DNA from: Octopus vulgaris
Lineage: Eukaryota
NCBI GenBank assembly: GCA_951406725.2
Contig: OX597828.1
Span: forward strand, 66,526,001 to 66,590,000
DNA: 64,000 nucleotides
Direction: 5' to 3'
Shown here piece after piece: positions 38,778 to 51,020 of this stretch. Position numbers and translations under genes: made by a program. The notes beneath the pieces were generated by a model. That model had not been told where the DNA came from. It saw nothing but the letters and a program-made list of their open reading frames with translations, and did no database searches. Position 1 is the stretch's first letter, and the number at the start of each line of letters is the position of its first letter.

Positions 38778-39125
38778 TTGGAGAAATTTCAAACCTGGGT
38801 CCTCATTCCTAAGGTATTTTTCAATGTTGTTCTTATTATTATTCAAGTCACTGCCTGGAATCAAATTCAGAATCTTGGGGTTAGTAGCTCATGCTCTTAA
38901 TCACTACGTCGTATGCCCATGGGCCCATGACAGTGATTAAGAGTGCAGGCTACTAACCCCAAGATTCCAAGTTTGATTCCAGACAGTGACCTGAATAATG
39001 ATGATGATGAGAAGAAGAAGAAGAAGAAGAAGATGAAGAAGGAGAAGAGCAGCAGCAGCAACAACAACAACAACAACATCGAAAAATACCTTAGGAATGA
39101 GAACCCAGGTTCGAAATTTTTCCAA

Positions 39126-39170
39126 GACACCTGATAAAGGCAGGAGGGTATATTAGTGAAATGTTGTGTT
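39126..39170 (+). ncRNA. Degenerate hammerhead motif (paralog of 38732-38777)
   Basis: GACAC CTGATAA ... GAAATGTT GTGTT; the G8>A core change and stem III C>T change predict inactivity. Confidence 0.55.
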
Positions 39171-40404
39171 AACAACAAACAAGATGGGGACAAATATCCG
39201 TCAAATGTAAATATAGAACTGTATTACCTGTATGTATGTATGTATGTTTTGTATATATATATGTGTGTGCATGTGTATATACATATGTATGTATAGGTAT
39301 GTATGTATGTATACATTTCCATCCTTGTATGTGATGTGTGTGTGTGTGTGTGTGTGTTCATATGTATTTTCATTAACACCATTTCACCATCTCCAATGAT
39401 ACCAGCGGATGGCATGAACATCCTTCATATCACAAACCAAGAACACAGCCTAAAGACCTCACTGCCATCCAAGACCATCACCTTAGTGCCATAACAAATA
39501 ATCACACACACACACACAGGGGTTGCTCTGGTTTTATGCCAATTTCACTTACACTGATTGTTAATGCCAGTTTGAAACCTGCCCAAGTTGTTCATATTAA
39601 TCACAGACACAATTTTGATCAATCAACTCAAACTGCCTTGATTTTACAACAATCAAGAAGAATGCAAAAAAAAGCCAATATTGCAAACTGCCAAAATAAA
39701 TGCAATACAATTTATACATTCTTGTGGTAATTTAGATGAATAAATGAAGAAGCTATTAACTTTATTAAGAGTGTGAGATTTGAACCAGTAAAATATTTCA
39801 TTTGTGATAAGGCAAAGTCTATTTTGGATGCAGTCTATTTTTAGGGAGACAAATGGCAGAGATGGAACATTTTAATATGGTTAGGGCTGGTTTTCAGGTA
39901 ATAAGAGTTATTCTAAGTGTTGTTATGTTTTAAAGAACTTGTTTGGCAGCAAGTGCAGGTATCAAAGAAGATGAAGCATTTCCTGCAGAATTCCAAGTCA
40001 TTGTGGCGTTAGGAAAAGCATCCAGCTGTAGAAACACTGTCAGATCAGACTGGGCCTGGTGCAGCCTCCTGGCTTCCCAGACCCCATTCAAACCATCCAA
40101 CCCATGCTAGCATGGTATAGTGTAGTGTAGATGTATAGTGTAGTGAATATCATAAAGATATTACATTGTGGATGAGATAGATAAAGCCATTTGAAAAATA
40201 AAGCTTTCAATAGCATTTATTGCCATTGAAGAAAACTCTGCATTAAGATTTAAACTTCTATTTAGGAGTAATGTTTTAGGAGCTCTAAATTTGAAGCTGA
40301 TGGTGGTCTAGCACTCCCAAACATCTTGAGTATTGTAAAGATTAAATAGTGGGCCATACATCACCATAGGAACAAAAGCCTATTGTAAAATATACGTGTG
40401 TGTA

Positions 40405-40438
<34 letters not shown>

Positions 40439-40719
40439 TTTGTGTGTCTTTTGTGTACCCTTCACTTGATGTCATATAATGGTTGTAAGCAAACACCACC
40501 ATCATACAAGCAATTATTCACTTCCAGTCTTCCATGAAATTGGGCCAAGGAAAATATGTGAGAGTAGAAAGTAGGTTCTATAAATTTCAGAAATCGTCTT
40601 GTGATGTTTAATGCCACGTCATGCTGCTGTGGAGGGTTATACCACAAAATGTTTCTATGTCTACATCTATTTGCATAAGTTTGGTTATATAGATTATTAT
40701 GTTCTTAAAATGTTATCAA

Positions 40720-41065
40720 TATAGGAGTGGGTGTGACTGTGTGGTTAAGAAATTTACTTTCCAACCACATGGCTTCAGATTCACTCCCACTACGTGGCAC
40801 ATTGGGCAAGTATCTTGTACTGTACGTTTGGCCTTGTTAGTAGATTTGGAGGTGCAAATTGAAAGTCGCCTGTGTGTGTGCATGTGTGTTTGTCCTGCAC
40901 CACTGCTTCACAATCGGTGTTGGTTTATTTACATCTCCTTTATATAGCGGTTCAGTAAAGAGAGACTGACGGAATAGAACTGGGTCGATTTATTCGATGA
41001 AACTCTTCAAGCCAGTGCCCCAGCATGGGCTGCAATGCAATGACTGGAACAAAAGACAAAAGAAG
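40720..41065 (+). mobile_element. tRNA-derived SINE (decayed)
   Basis: TGACTGTGTGG head, TTGGGCAAGT core, CCCCAGCATGG..GACTGGAACAA end. Confidence 0.7.
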
Positions 41066-42570
41066 TATTAACAGGCATACATATTCACACAAGCATCCGC
41101 GCGTACACGTATAAAAACACACACACACACACACGCAATTTGTGACAAGACGCATGACCCTCCTACTTGCCTAACTCAACTGGAAAATTAAGACAACCTT
41201 ACATTACGGTTGATTGTAAAGCATGAGCAAAGTTGACAGCAATAAATAACAGTGATGAAAGTAGTTGCGATGACTGTTGAAGTCACAGAAGATGGTGGGG
41301 AAGTGAACGTCGCTGTTGTCATAGTCGTAGTAGACGAAGAAGTAGCAACAACAGCAGTTGCAGTGAGAAACTGATAAAAGGCAATAATTGAAGTCAACAA
41401 GAATATATTCTTTTCTTTATCCAGCTCGAGTTTAAAGCTATTGATAAAAGGAAAGCAGCAACGGCTTGCTTTTGATATCTTCTTCTCGACATTGTTGAAG
41501 TCATTCCTTCAAATCAATTGTTCTGGTAAGGAAAGCAAATCACTGCATTAGTTTTTATGTAATTCTTTGTGCTTAGATCAAACGATTTTCGTGTGGATTT
41601 CGTTGTGAAAGTTGATAACATAATAAAGACGCAGTAAAAGAGGGGAAAGCAGTAAACTCAACAGAAAGGAACAAAGATGTTAAAAGGATAGTAGGAGAAA
41701 AAAAGAAACTTTGTGTGTAAGACTCAAGTTTTCTAAATGGAAAATGGGATATCGAGAGACGAAAAATATGGAAAATCAAGTATTGGTGATTACAGGGGTT
41801 AGAGCGATATAAAGATTTTGTACAAATAAATCGGAAAAAAGTGACAGAAAACGAAGAAATAAATGAAAGGGAAGAAGGCTAAATGAAAAGAAGTAGGAAG
41901 AAGAAAGAGATGAAAAATGTGAGAAGACGAATATGAAAAGAAACAGAAATCTCAATGTCTTTTACTCAACTAGAAATTAAAAAAAAAAATTTAATGACAG
42001 TGCTGAACAATGCCAGCCATTGATTTAGATTCGTTATCGAACATTTTCGGTCTTTAAATAAATACAGGAATCCCTCCTGTTAAAGAAGCGATGCATTCCT
42101 GAAGATCTTGCCGTAATATAAAATATTAAACTGCGAAATTTACTTTTCTATTGATTTTCGTGTTACGAGGTCAGATGATACATTCCGACAGACATTTTTT
42201 TTCTGGGGTTTTTTTTTTCGGAAAAAAAATAAAACCAAAAATGCAGTAGGCATATTTTTATGCCTGAAAATAATTTCTAAACAGACACAGGTGCACGCAT
42301 GGATGTGTGGTTAATAAAAGCGCTTTCCTTTCACAAAGTTTCAGGTTCTGTTCCACTGTACTTCACCTTCAGGTGCCACAGCCCCGGGCCGACCAAAGCT
42401 TTGTGAGTAGATTTGATAGTGGGAAACTAAAAAGAATCAGCTCAAGTGTGTGTACAGTGGCTCAGGAACAAAATTTGCTTCAGAGGTGCAAATGTTTTTA
42501 CGAAAAAATTGAATTTTTTTCAATGTTAATATTAATACAAATACAAGTATAATAATAATTTTTATTATTA

Positions 42571-43782
42571 TGAGGGCCAGCTGAAATGTTCATAGGCTGA
42601 GCAAGACACTCTCATGGAATGTGACCAAAATGAAGTTCATTTTTTAACATAGTTCCTCATACTCTCCACACACACTTCCATCAGTGCTTGGATCGCATTG
42701 GTGAAGAAGCTATCCCGTTGGTCAAAAAAGTCACGAGTAGCAGATAAGAAGTCATCATCAGGGTCAAGTGTTTTTTCATGTTGGGAAACAGATGGAGTTC
42801 AAAGCCAGTCACGCACAGCAACCATGGAAACCAAGGACTTGTGTGCTGAAAGCATTGTCCTAATGAAGCAAGACCTTCACTAGTTTTTCTGGCCGTTTGG
42901 TCTTGATAGCCTTTCATAACTGCCTTAGAAAGTTGGCATAGAACTCTTCCTTGATGGTGTGGTCATTTTGAAGATAGTCAATAAACACAATGCCTTTTGC
43001 ATTCCAGAAAACTGATGCCATGACCTTCCCTGCAGATGAAACGATCTTTCCTTCTTTAGATGAAGAGGAGTATTTCCACTGCATGGATTGCCTCTTTGTT
43101 TCTGGTTCAAAACGATGAAGCCAACACACATCCTAGGTTACGAAACGTTCAAGGAAATAAGCTAGATCTGCTTCAAACAATGTCGGATATTCCCGTAATA
43201 TGATCAACCTGGTGCACTTTTGATTAAGTGTCAGAAGACGTGACACCCAGCAAAAAGAATCCGGTATCATGCTAAGTTCATTGTGCAGAATATTCTCCAC
43301 TCTCTCACGGGATATGCTAATTACATTGACTAATTGCTTTGAAGTCAATCGCCTGTCATCCATCACCATGTGGCGAACACGATCAATGTTTTCCTCGGCA
43401 GTGGCAGCTGCAAGATGTCCAGGCCATGGATCTTCTCAAGACTCTTTCTTCCTCTACTAAATCCAGTTGCCCACCTTTGCACTGTTGATAAGGCTGGAGT
43501 GTCATCCTCTAATGTATCAGCCATATCAGCATGAATGTCCTTAAGAGCTAAACCCTTTTCCTGCATGTATCTGATTACGACACGATGCCAAATTTTGTCG
43601 ATTTTTAAGAGAAGTTGCTAACAGTTACATTTGACGTTTCTCTGAATAATCAGATGCCAGTTTAACTCGGAAAGAAATAATGCAGTTATTAATAAGAAGT
43701 CTTGAAATTACTGCAAACAAGATTCCTCAGCTCTCACATCTCTCCTTCATTATCAGGCTGTAAACTTTTCAATCTACTCTCA
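42571..43782 (-). mobile_element. Decayed full-length mariner transposon
   Basis: Minus fragments DIHADM..STVQRW, WV..LLT..QK, FVT.D, EPETKRQSMQW, SAGKVMASVFW..GIVFIDYL; imperfect TIRs at both ends flanked by TA. Confidence 0.9.
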
Positions 43783-43796
43783 TACATATGTAAAAT

Positions 43797-44039
43797 ACAA
43801 GTTTTTATGCACATGCCTTATGGCACAGTGTGTTAGGCAGTGCTGCATCATTGTAGTATGGAACCAGGTCTTCAAAAGGCAAAGTGCACTGAACGTTCTC
43901 ACGATTGGTGCAAAGACAGGATAAGCTGCAAGCGAGAGAATGTTCAGCGCACTTTGCCATTTGAAGACCTGGCTCCGTACCATAATTATGCAGCACTGTC
44001 TAACACACTGTGCCATAATGCATGTGCATAAAAACTTGT
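43797..44039. mobile_element. Foldback MITE with about 104-bp TIRs
   Basis: Arms 43797-43900 and 43936-44039, differing mostly by transitions. Confidence 0.85.
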
Positions 44040-44417
44040 GCAATGAAAATTCTTTGCACATCATAAAAGAAAGTTTCGTTGCGAAAACGAAGGTAGAAAT
44101 ATTTTTAAAATAATTTGAATCGCTTTTCCATACGTACGAGACAGAATAAGCTGCGTTAGCATCAACACTTGTTAGAACGAATAACAGCATCAGAAGCTCT
44201 CCGTTTTTCAAAAATATCATTCAGTTGTTTGGGCAAAGCTTCTTTTCCCGTCCACAGGCAAATAAGGAGTTTGGTTTGTGATGACAGTGAGGGCAAGTAA
44301 AATGAAAAAGGCAGGTATGTATTTGCAAGTGCAAACGTCCCACAGCTGACGGCCTATAACTGCAAATCCTCTCGCTCGGAGCATATGCACATTCCCTCTT
44401 GCTGAAAGTGGTGATTC

Positions 44418-44583
44418 AGGAGTGGCTGTGTGATAAGTAGCTTGCTTACCAACCACATGGTTCCGGGTTCAGTCCCACTGCGTGGCATCTTGGGCAAGTG
44501 TCTTCTGCTATAGCCCCGGGCCGACCAATGCCTTGTGAGTGGATTTGGTAGACGGAAACTGAAAGAAGCCTGTCGTATATATG

Positions 44584-44660
<77 letters not shown>

Positions 44661-44860
44661 TTGTGTGTCTGTGTTTGTCCCCCTAGCATTGCTTGACAAC
44701 CGATGCTGGTGTGTTTACGTCCCCGTTACTTAGCGATTCGGCAAAAGGGACCGATAGAATAAGTACTGGGCTTACAAAGAATAAGTCCCGCGGTCGAATT
44801 GCTCTACTAAAGGCGGTGCTCCAGTATGGCCGCAGTCAAATGACTGAAACAAGTAAAAGA
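44418..44860 (+). mobile_element. Well-preserved tRNA-derived SINE with CORE-like domain and internal (TA)n/(TG)n
   Basis: TGGCTGTGTGA A box, GGTTCAGTCCC B box, TCTTGGGCAAGT, microsatellite 44577-44660, end GACTGAAACAAGTAAAAGA. Confidence 0.88.
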
Positions 44861-45082
44861 AAAAAAGAGTTCATCTTCGACAACATCAATGATGTTGAAA
44901 AATTGCCGATACCAGTCATCGGTGACAGAGCGAGCACCTTCTTCAGTAGTTGTATGTCTCAAGTACAGTGGTGTATTCTTGGAACAAAGTGTTAGGCGTT
45001 TTCTCAAAGTCAGCAGAGGATATTTCGCTGAAATAGTTTTCAAAAACATTCTCGCTTCTCATTTTTGAAAGAGTGTTCTTAT

Positions 45083-45325
45083 ATCGACCCCAGTGCGTAA
45101 CTGGTACTTAATTTATCGACGCCGAAAGGATGAAAGGCAAAGTCGACCTCTGCGGAATTTGAACTCAGAACGTAACAGCAGACGAAATACCTATTTCTAT
45201 TTCTTTACTACCCACAAGGGGCTAAACACAGAGGAGACAAACAAGGACAGACAGACGGATTAAGTCGATTATATCGACCCCAGTGTGTAACTGGTACTTA
45301 ATTTATCGACGCCGAAAGGATGGAG
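45083..45325 (-). mobile_element. Two adjacent truncated SINE copies
   Basis: ATCGACCCCAGTG.GTAACTGGTACTTAATTTATCGACGCCGAAAGGATG occurs twice; same family as 60589-60819. Confidence 0.8.
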
Positions 45326-45360
45326 TCGGCGTCCATAGAATTAGGGTCGTAACTCTAACG

Positions 45361-45591
45361 CAGTGGTTCCCAAAGTGACTCCCCAGGAGGGGAGAAAGAC
45401 TCGGCAGAGCATTGAAGAAAAGTGGGGTGATAATGGGGTGGCTGAAATGAGGTAATGGATATAAAAATTTTAAAAAATAATGGGTTGATTGGGTTAACTT
45501 TTATTTGTGAAATACAGTTGTTTTGATATTTGCTGCAGAAAGTTGTGTAGGTTTGTGGTTGTGGGATCGAAAAGATCCTTGGGAACCACTG
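45361..45591. mobile_element. hAT-family MITE
   Basis: TIRs CAGTGGTTCCCAA / TTGGGAACCACTG and a perfect 8-bp TSD CTCTAACG (45353-45360, 45592-45599). Confidence 0.93.
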
Positions 45592-46814
45592 CTCTAACGA
45601 CTTGCTAATGCCTACTTTCGATTCAGGGGCTGCTGCAAAACTTTTATGAAATTGGAAAAATATGAAAGAAAAATTACAAAAAGGGAATAAAGATCTTTTC
45701 CTAATCAAATTTTATTCATAGAAAAACGAAATGAAAAAATAGAGAAAATGGGGTGATTCTAACTTGTATTATAAATATAAATTAGCATTCCGTGGTCAAA
45801 CGAGTATCAAGTTTAAGTTCCCAATTACAAAGGAGAATCTTTATTATGATCAAAGACGACCTTACATAGATGGGTACATAACAGGACAAACAAGAACAAA
45901 AATTGTTACACGAGTTCGCATGAATATCGTTTTAAAAATTTGCTAAAAAATATATTGTGCAATCATTAATTATCCTTTAAGCTAGAACTTTTTTTTTTAA
46001 AATAAAACATAGAACGAAAACAAATAAAAGTTAAATAGATCGAACCCAGCAGCCTAAAAGGCCCAGCAACTATCAAATGATTAAGCTGGGTTACTAGCAC
46101 CCACCTTTCTCATCACATCCTTCCATCGTTTCTCATATTCTCTCGGTGGCAGGGTCTTCCTCTCCAACCACATCTTGCTCTTCAGATGGTATCTGAAGTA
46201 AGACAGATGAAGGACCCTCTCACAGAACCTTCCATTCTCGTCCTCGTTCCCAATTTCGAAGGTAGTGATTTTAAAAAAAAATTGTAATTAAGGTTTTTGC
46301 TAAAAATGATGCATTATGGGAACAACATTAGTGAATAATCTAAACCCGTACCTCAAACCCGACTTCCAAAATGACGAGGTACCGTCCCGTTTTTATCAAA
46401 GATAATAATGGCTGAAATGAAGCTGGCTTGGCATGCAATAACTGTTGACTGTTCATATAAATAGAACTGATTAATTTTCTTTATTCTTGCGTTAAGTTAC
46501 AATTACGCAGTGATGCAGTAAAATGATTGATTTATACAACCCAGCAAATGAGCAGAAGATTTTCCAGCATTCTTTTTCCTGCAATCAAAAACTTAAGTTA
46601 GCTCATCACTTTGTGCCACAGGTATTTGTTATGATAGAGCAAGCGCGATCTTAGATGAAATATCGGATCTCCCGACATATTCATTATACTCTGATGTGCA
46701 AATAATTTAAATGCGATTTAAATTGAGGCTGTAAGCTTTTATACTTGAACCAAGATGGGGTTTTTTTTTGTGTGGAATGACTCTTGAAAGTGTCTCCTGT
46801 TTTATCTGCTATCT

Positions 46815-46996
46815 TAACTTGTTTCAGTCATTAGACTGCAGCCATCCTGGGGCACCACCATGTAGAATTTTCAGTCGAATGAATCAACCCAATACTTTTT
46901 TTTAAGCAGGAACTTATTCTATTGTTCTCCTTTTGCTGAACCGCTAAGTTTCTGGGACATAAACACACCAGTATCAGTTGTCAAGAGAAGGCGGGG

Positions 46997-47033
<37 letters not shown>

Positions 47034-47195
47034 GCAGGTTTCCTTCAGTTTCTGTCTACCAAATCCACTAACAAGGTTTCGGTCGGCCTGAGGCTATAGT
47101 AGAAGATACTTGCCCAAAGTGTCACGCAGTGGGACTGAACCCCTAACCACGTAGTTCAGAAGTAAGCTCCTTAATGCACAGCCACGCCTGCACCT
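46815..47195 (-). mobile_element. tRNA-derived SINE with internal (CA)n
   Basis: Reverse complement of the 44418-44860 family. Confidence 0.85.
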
Positions 47196-48075
47196 ATATC
47201 TTTTTATTATTATTTTTTTTTTTTATCTGACATCTTACTTTATCATTAAGTACTAAAACAAACAAGAACGTTTTCCACACAGACTCTAAAGAAAATTTGT
47301 GATACTAGATGAATACCCAGAAAGTCAGCAACTGAGACAGTCTTGCACTGCTTACCAGTAGCAGAAATTGCTCTACAGAAATTCTAGATGGTGAAGTAAT
47401 GGAAACAGTGCCTTGGAATTCTTAGTTGTTTTTTTTAAATTCTGAAATAAAGTGTTGGACAGTGCTTTCAGTTTATCCATATTTTTACAGAAAAATAGTC
47501 TAGATGTAGCCATAGTTGCTCATTTGATTTGGTGTTTTGAAAAATATGGAAAAAAATGGAAAATAAGTAGAATCTCAATTCAGATTAAGAATGAAACCAT
47601 TGAAATGGCTCAAAGATGTTAAACTAATATGAAATAGATCTTTTCGCTTTGACTGGCAGATTTTTAAAATAATTTCTTTGTAACTAAAAAATGTTAAACT
47701 TCGTATACTGCATACAGAACATAAAAAACAAAGATTCCATGATGGAATTGCAGAGGATGAAAGAATATTTGACGTCTAAAAAATGTCATTGTTGAATCTT
47801 AATTATATAAACTTATATTCTGTTATAAATAGTCCGGGAGATTTGAATGTTTTAAAATTTAGCTTCCAAATTTAGTTAGATAAAAAGCATGTTGATAACC
47901 CAGACATACGTCGTCCTTCATATTGAGCTGGTCAGTTGGTCGGCTGCATGAATGATAATTGAAGCAAACTTATTGCCAGACATAGAGTATTTGGTGTTGG
48001 CTATTTACAATGAAGAATATTAATAACTGTTGATTGGGAGAGAGAAAAACTGCTTTGAAATTATAGAAAGCTGTT

Positions 48076-48400
48076 TTGATTATATGCGGTCGGTCCAAAA
48101 TAAAATCCAGTCACCTGCGCAATGTCCGTGACGACGGAGATCCGTTGGCTGTTTGCACTCATCAAACGGTTTTAATAGAAGGAAGAGGTTTTATTCTAGA
48201 ACAATCGAGAAGACTGGTCGTTGTTTACTCATGGGTTCAGGAATTGACTTCAGTCAAGTTTTGTGTTGAAGAACTGCGGATGGGCCATTGCACGGCTGTT
48301 CATTATAACAGCTATGTTAGGGAAGTATGGGCGGAGGACCTGCTCTGTCGTCCAGTTAAGGGTGTTGCTCCTGGGAAGATTGATGAGAAGTTTCTTATTT
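48076..48400 (+). mobile_element. Merlin/IS1595-like transposase remnant
   Basis: VYSWVQELTSVKFCVEELRMGH.TAVHYNSYVREVWAEDLL..P......KIDE resembles the W..ELG....V.W....REVC...G..VEIDE region of ISXO2/Merlin transposases. Confidence 0.6.
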
Positions 48401-49053
48401 TGAGAAAGATTTCCTTTGTAATGTGCTGTTTATTGAATAAAATGCATATTGAATGCTTTAAACAACAAAATACGTGTTGTTCACTTGATTTTTTTTTGTC
48501 ATCGAGGTGATTGTGAGGTGTGCTAAAAATAACAGCTAAATAGGCTTTAAATCATGCAACCCTACACTTATTTTCGGTAAAATTACAGCGTAACATGTTA
48601 CTCTGTAATTTTACCTTGTTTTCTTTCTTTTGGTATACATTATTCGCAAACATTTTCTGAAAATTCCAAAAACTAAAAGTTATAAGTCGTGCGTAATTCA
48701 TTTGTTTTCAGTTTCATATAAAAACACAAGAGATGGATCGGACAAGTACTATTTTCAGGATGTTGACAAAATGTGCAGTCAAAAACAACCGGACTAAAAT
48801 ACCTTAAAGATGGCCTGGGCCTAAAAACGTTCAGCCACACCCAAACAATAAACTATGCAGACCTGAAGATGACAGCAATATCAACATGAAGTGCAGCCTT
48901 TTCTCGGACTTGTGATCGCTACAACAAATCACACTTCGAAAGCCATGCATTTGCATTCCAAGAGCAAAAGATTGTTACAAAAATAAGTAAATAAATAAGA
49001 AATTAAAAAAAAGACAGTGGATCCCCAAAATGCAACCTAAAATGCCGATTATG

Positions 49054-49576
49054 TTAGGTTTTTGTGGAAAACATTACACATGTGATTAGTATGTTCAAAT
49101 ATGTCATCACTTGGTGATGCAACATGACGTTGTCGTTAAAACGACATAGAATGCCATAAAAAAGTGTTTTGAGATATGTAGTGTGATGGAGGAAAAGGAC
49201 AACAGAAAAAGAAGTAAACGGGAGAAAGAAATACAAAAGGTCTTACCTGTTGACCTCGGTGGAATGAGTGGTCACTCTCACGAATTAAACACATCTTCTG
49301 TCTGCTCGAACTGAGCCCACGTGCTTCCTGCCCACGCATGTCGTCTGTCTGTCTCTCCGGTCCCTGCAAGCCTTACTTCCGTCCACCTCATCTGCAATCC
49401 CCTCCACCAACACCACATAGCTCCATCACAGCCCATAACACTACTAACACCACATTAGGTTTTTGTGGAAGACATTACACACGTGATTAGCATGTCCAAA
49501 TATGTCATCACTTGGTGATGCAACATGGCGTTGTCATCAAAACGACATACAATGCTATAAAAAAAGTGTTTTGAGA
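49054..49576. repeat. About 120-bp direct repeat pair
   Basis: TTAGGTTTTTGTGGAA.ACATTACAC...AAAGTGTTTTGAGATA at about 49054-49175 and 49455-49576. Confidence 0.85.
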
Positions 49577-49799
49577 TAAATCTAGAGAATACCCCCTAAT
49601 ATTGAATATATAAATAAACATCAAGACGAGGAATATTAGTGGAACATCCCCATCAAAGCTTCCTCCAAATGCAAACACAACAGGGACGGATATCGTTGAT
49701 TGGAAAAGACAAGAAAATAAATGTACGAGATGCATTCCAGAAATTTTGGAGAAGCAGTTATGACTGTCTGCCAAGTTTTGCTTTTCTTGATTGAAACAT

Positions 49800-50470
49800 T
49801 ACTTTGAGCACACATTACTAAACACTGCTTGTCACAACCGACTAATTTGCAGAATGCAGTCGGGACATAAAAGACAATATGGAAGATCGTTGTGCAATAA
49901 AATTTTTTGACTGGGCAAAAACACTACAGATACTTATGAAATGCTCCAGAATGCTTATGGATTAACTCGTAAGAGCCGAATACAAGGCGCCAGGCACAGC
50001 AAGTCCACCAGGAAGTTCATGATGATCCCATTTTTTGACAGCAAGGGAATCATTTACGTCCGCTGGGTTGCCTACGGCCAGACGTTCGATAAAGAGTACT
50101 TTGTGGAGGTTTTGAGAGAATTCGTCACAAAAAGCCAGACATGCACCAATCCATGATTGCATCCTTGTAACCAAACTACTTCACAGAAGTGGGCATCAAA
50201 ACTGTTCCTTACCCTCCTTAAGTCCTGACCTTGTTCCCTGTGACGTATGTTTATTCCCCAAATTAAAGAAGAAAATGGAAGATGTGACCAAGGTCCTCGA
50301 CATTTTCACTTTGGAGGACTCCCATAGGGAACCTTCACGAAGTGGTTGGAGTACTACAAGTGCATTCAAGTCAGAGAAGCCAACTTTGAAGGAGATTAGA
50401 GCTTTCTACTTCTTTGAAACTAATAAATATATCTCCTGAAGAAAGTTTCAAAACTTCTGTTGTGCATCTT
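49800..50470 (+). mobile_element. Internally deleted mariner remnant
   Basis: CAIKF..GK...TYEMLQNAYG, SKS..K.M...FFDSKGII, PYPP*SPDL.PCD..LFPKLK (YSPDL motif region). Confidence 0.82.
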
Positions 50471-50944
50471 GTATGTACTGTCATCGTCCCCAGCTGCCCT
50501 GTTGATGTGAATGTCTCTTTGAAAATCAAAGAGAAAGAGGATAGCTATGGACAACCTCTACATGTTCAGCTTCTATATTCAGATTATATATTCACATTTA
50601 TAAATCGTAATTGGTGCACATTCACTATTCTTATATCAACCATTTTAACCTAAGCCGTTTTTACATGTAATATTTTTACCTTCTGTTGTGTCTGGGGAGT
50701 CATTTTCTTTTTGTGCCTCATAATTTAACACACACACCGGTAAAATTTCCACTTATTTCTTATTTTTACTTTCCTAAAATTTTCGTTGCGTCTTGCAACC
50801 TTTTCAAAAGATTTGGGGGTTGCCAAGGTTGTTGACTCCGCAGTTACAGACACTCTGCGTCGGTAACTTAGCTTCGATTCCTTGTTGAAATCATTTTATT
50901 TATCAAAAACCTCAAGGTTTGTCTTACACACACACATCTCCCCC

Positions 50945-51020
50945 TCTCTGTCTCTTATCTATCTGTCTATCTATCTATCGATCGGTTGATCTATCGATCG
51001 ATCGATCTCTCTATCAATCT
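50945..51020. repeat. (ATCT)/(ATCG) tetranucleotide microsatellite
   Basis: Directly visible. Confidence 0.85.

Larger units (their letters stand above)
38690..39213. mobile_element. Head-to-head pair of tRNA-headed SINE-like elements with 3' hammerhead motifs
   Basis: Minus copy 38690-38918 and plus copy 38921-39213 joined at CCCATGGG. Each has a tRNA-like head (GTGATTAAGAG..GCTACTAACCCC..TTTGATTCC), a simple-repeat spacer, a second GGTTCGAAA box and a hammerhead-like end. Confidence 0.8.

Noticed and set aside
38850-38995. tRNA genes (also the heads at 8112, 44418, 58230)
   Set aside because: Acceptor stems are degenerate and each is fused to a repeat body, so they are SINE heads rather than functional tRNAs.
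41188-41400. Thr/Ser-rich 70-aa ORF resembling a membrane or mucin peptide
   Set aside because: Starts at TTG with no upstream in-frame ATG, low complexity, and no downstream coding exon found; kept only as a possible non-coding exon.
48800-48900. Hammerhead-like strings (TTAAAGATGGCC..GGCCTAAAAACGTT; CTGAAGATG..CATGAAG)
   Set aside because: Core nucleotides and stem I pairing are too degenerate to support.
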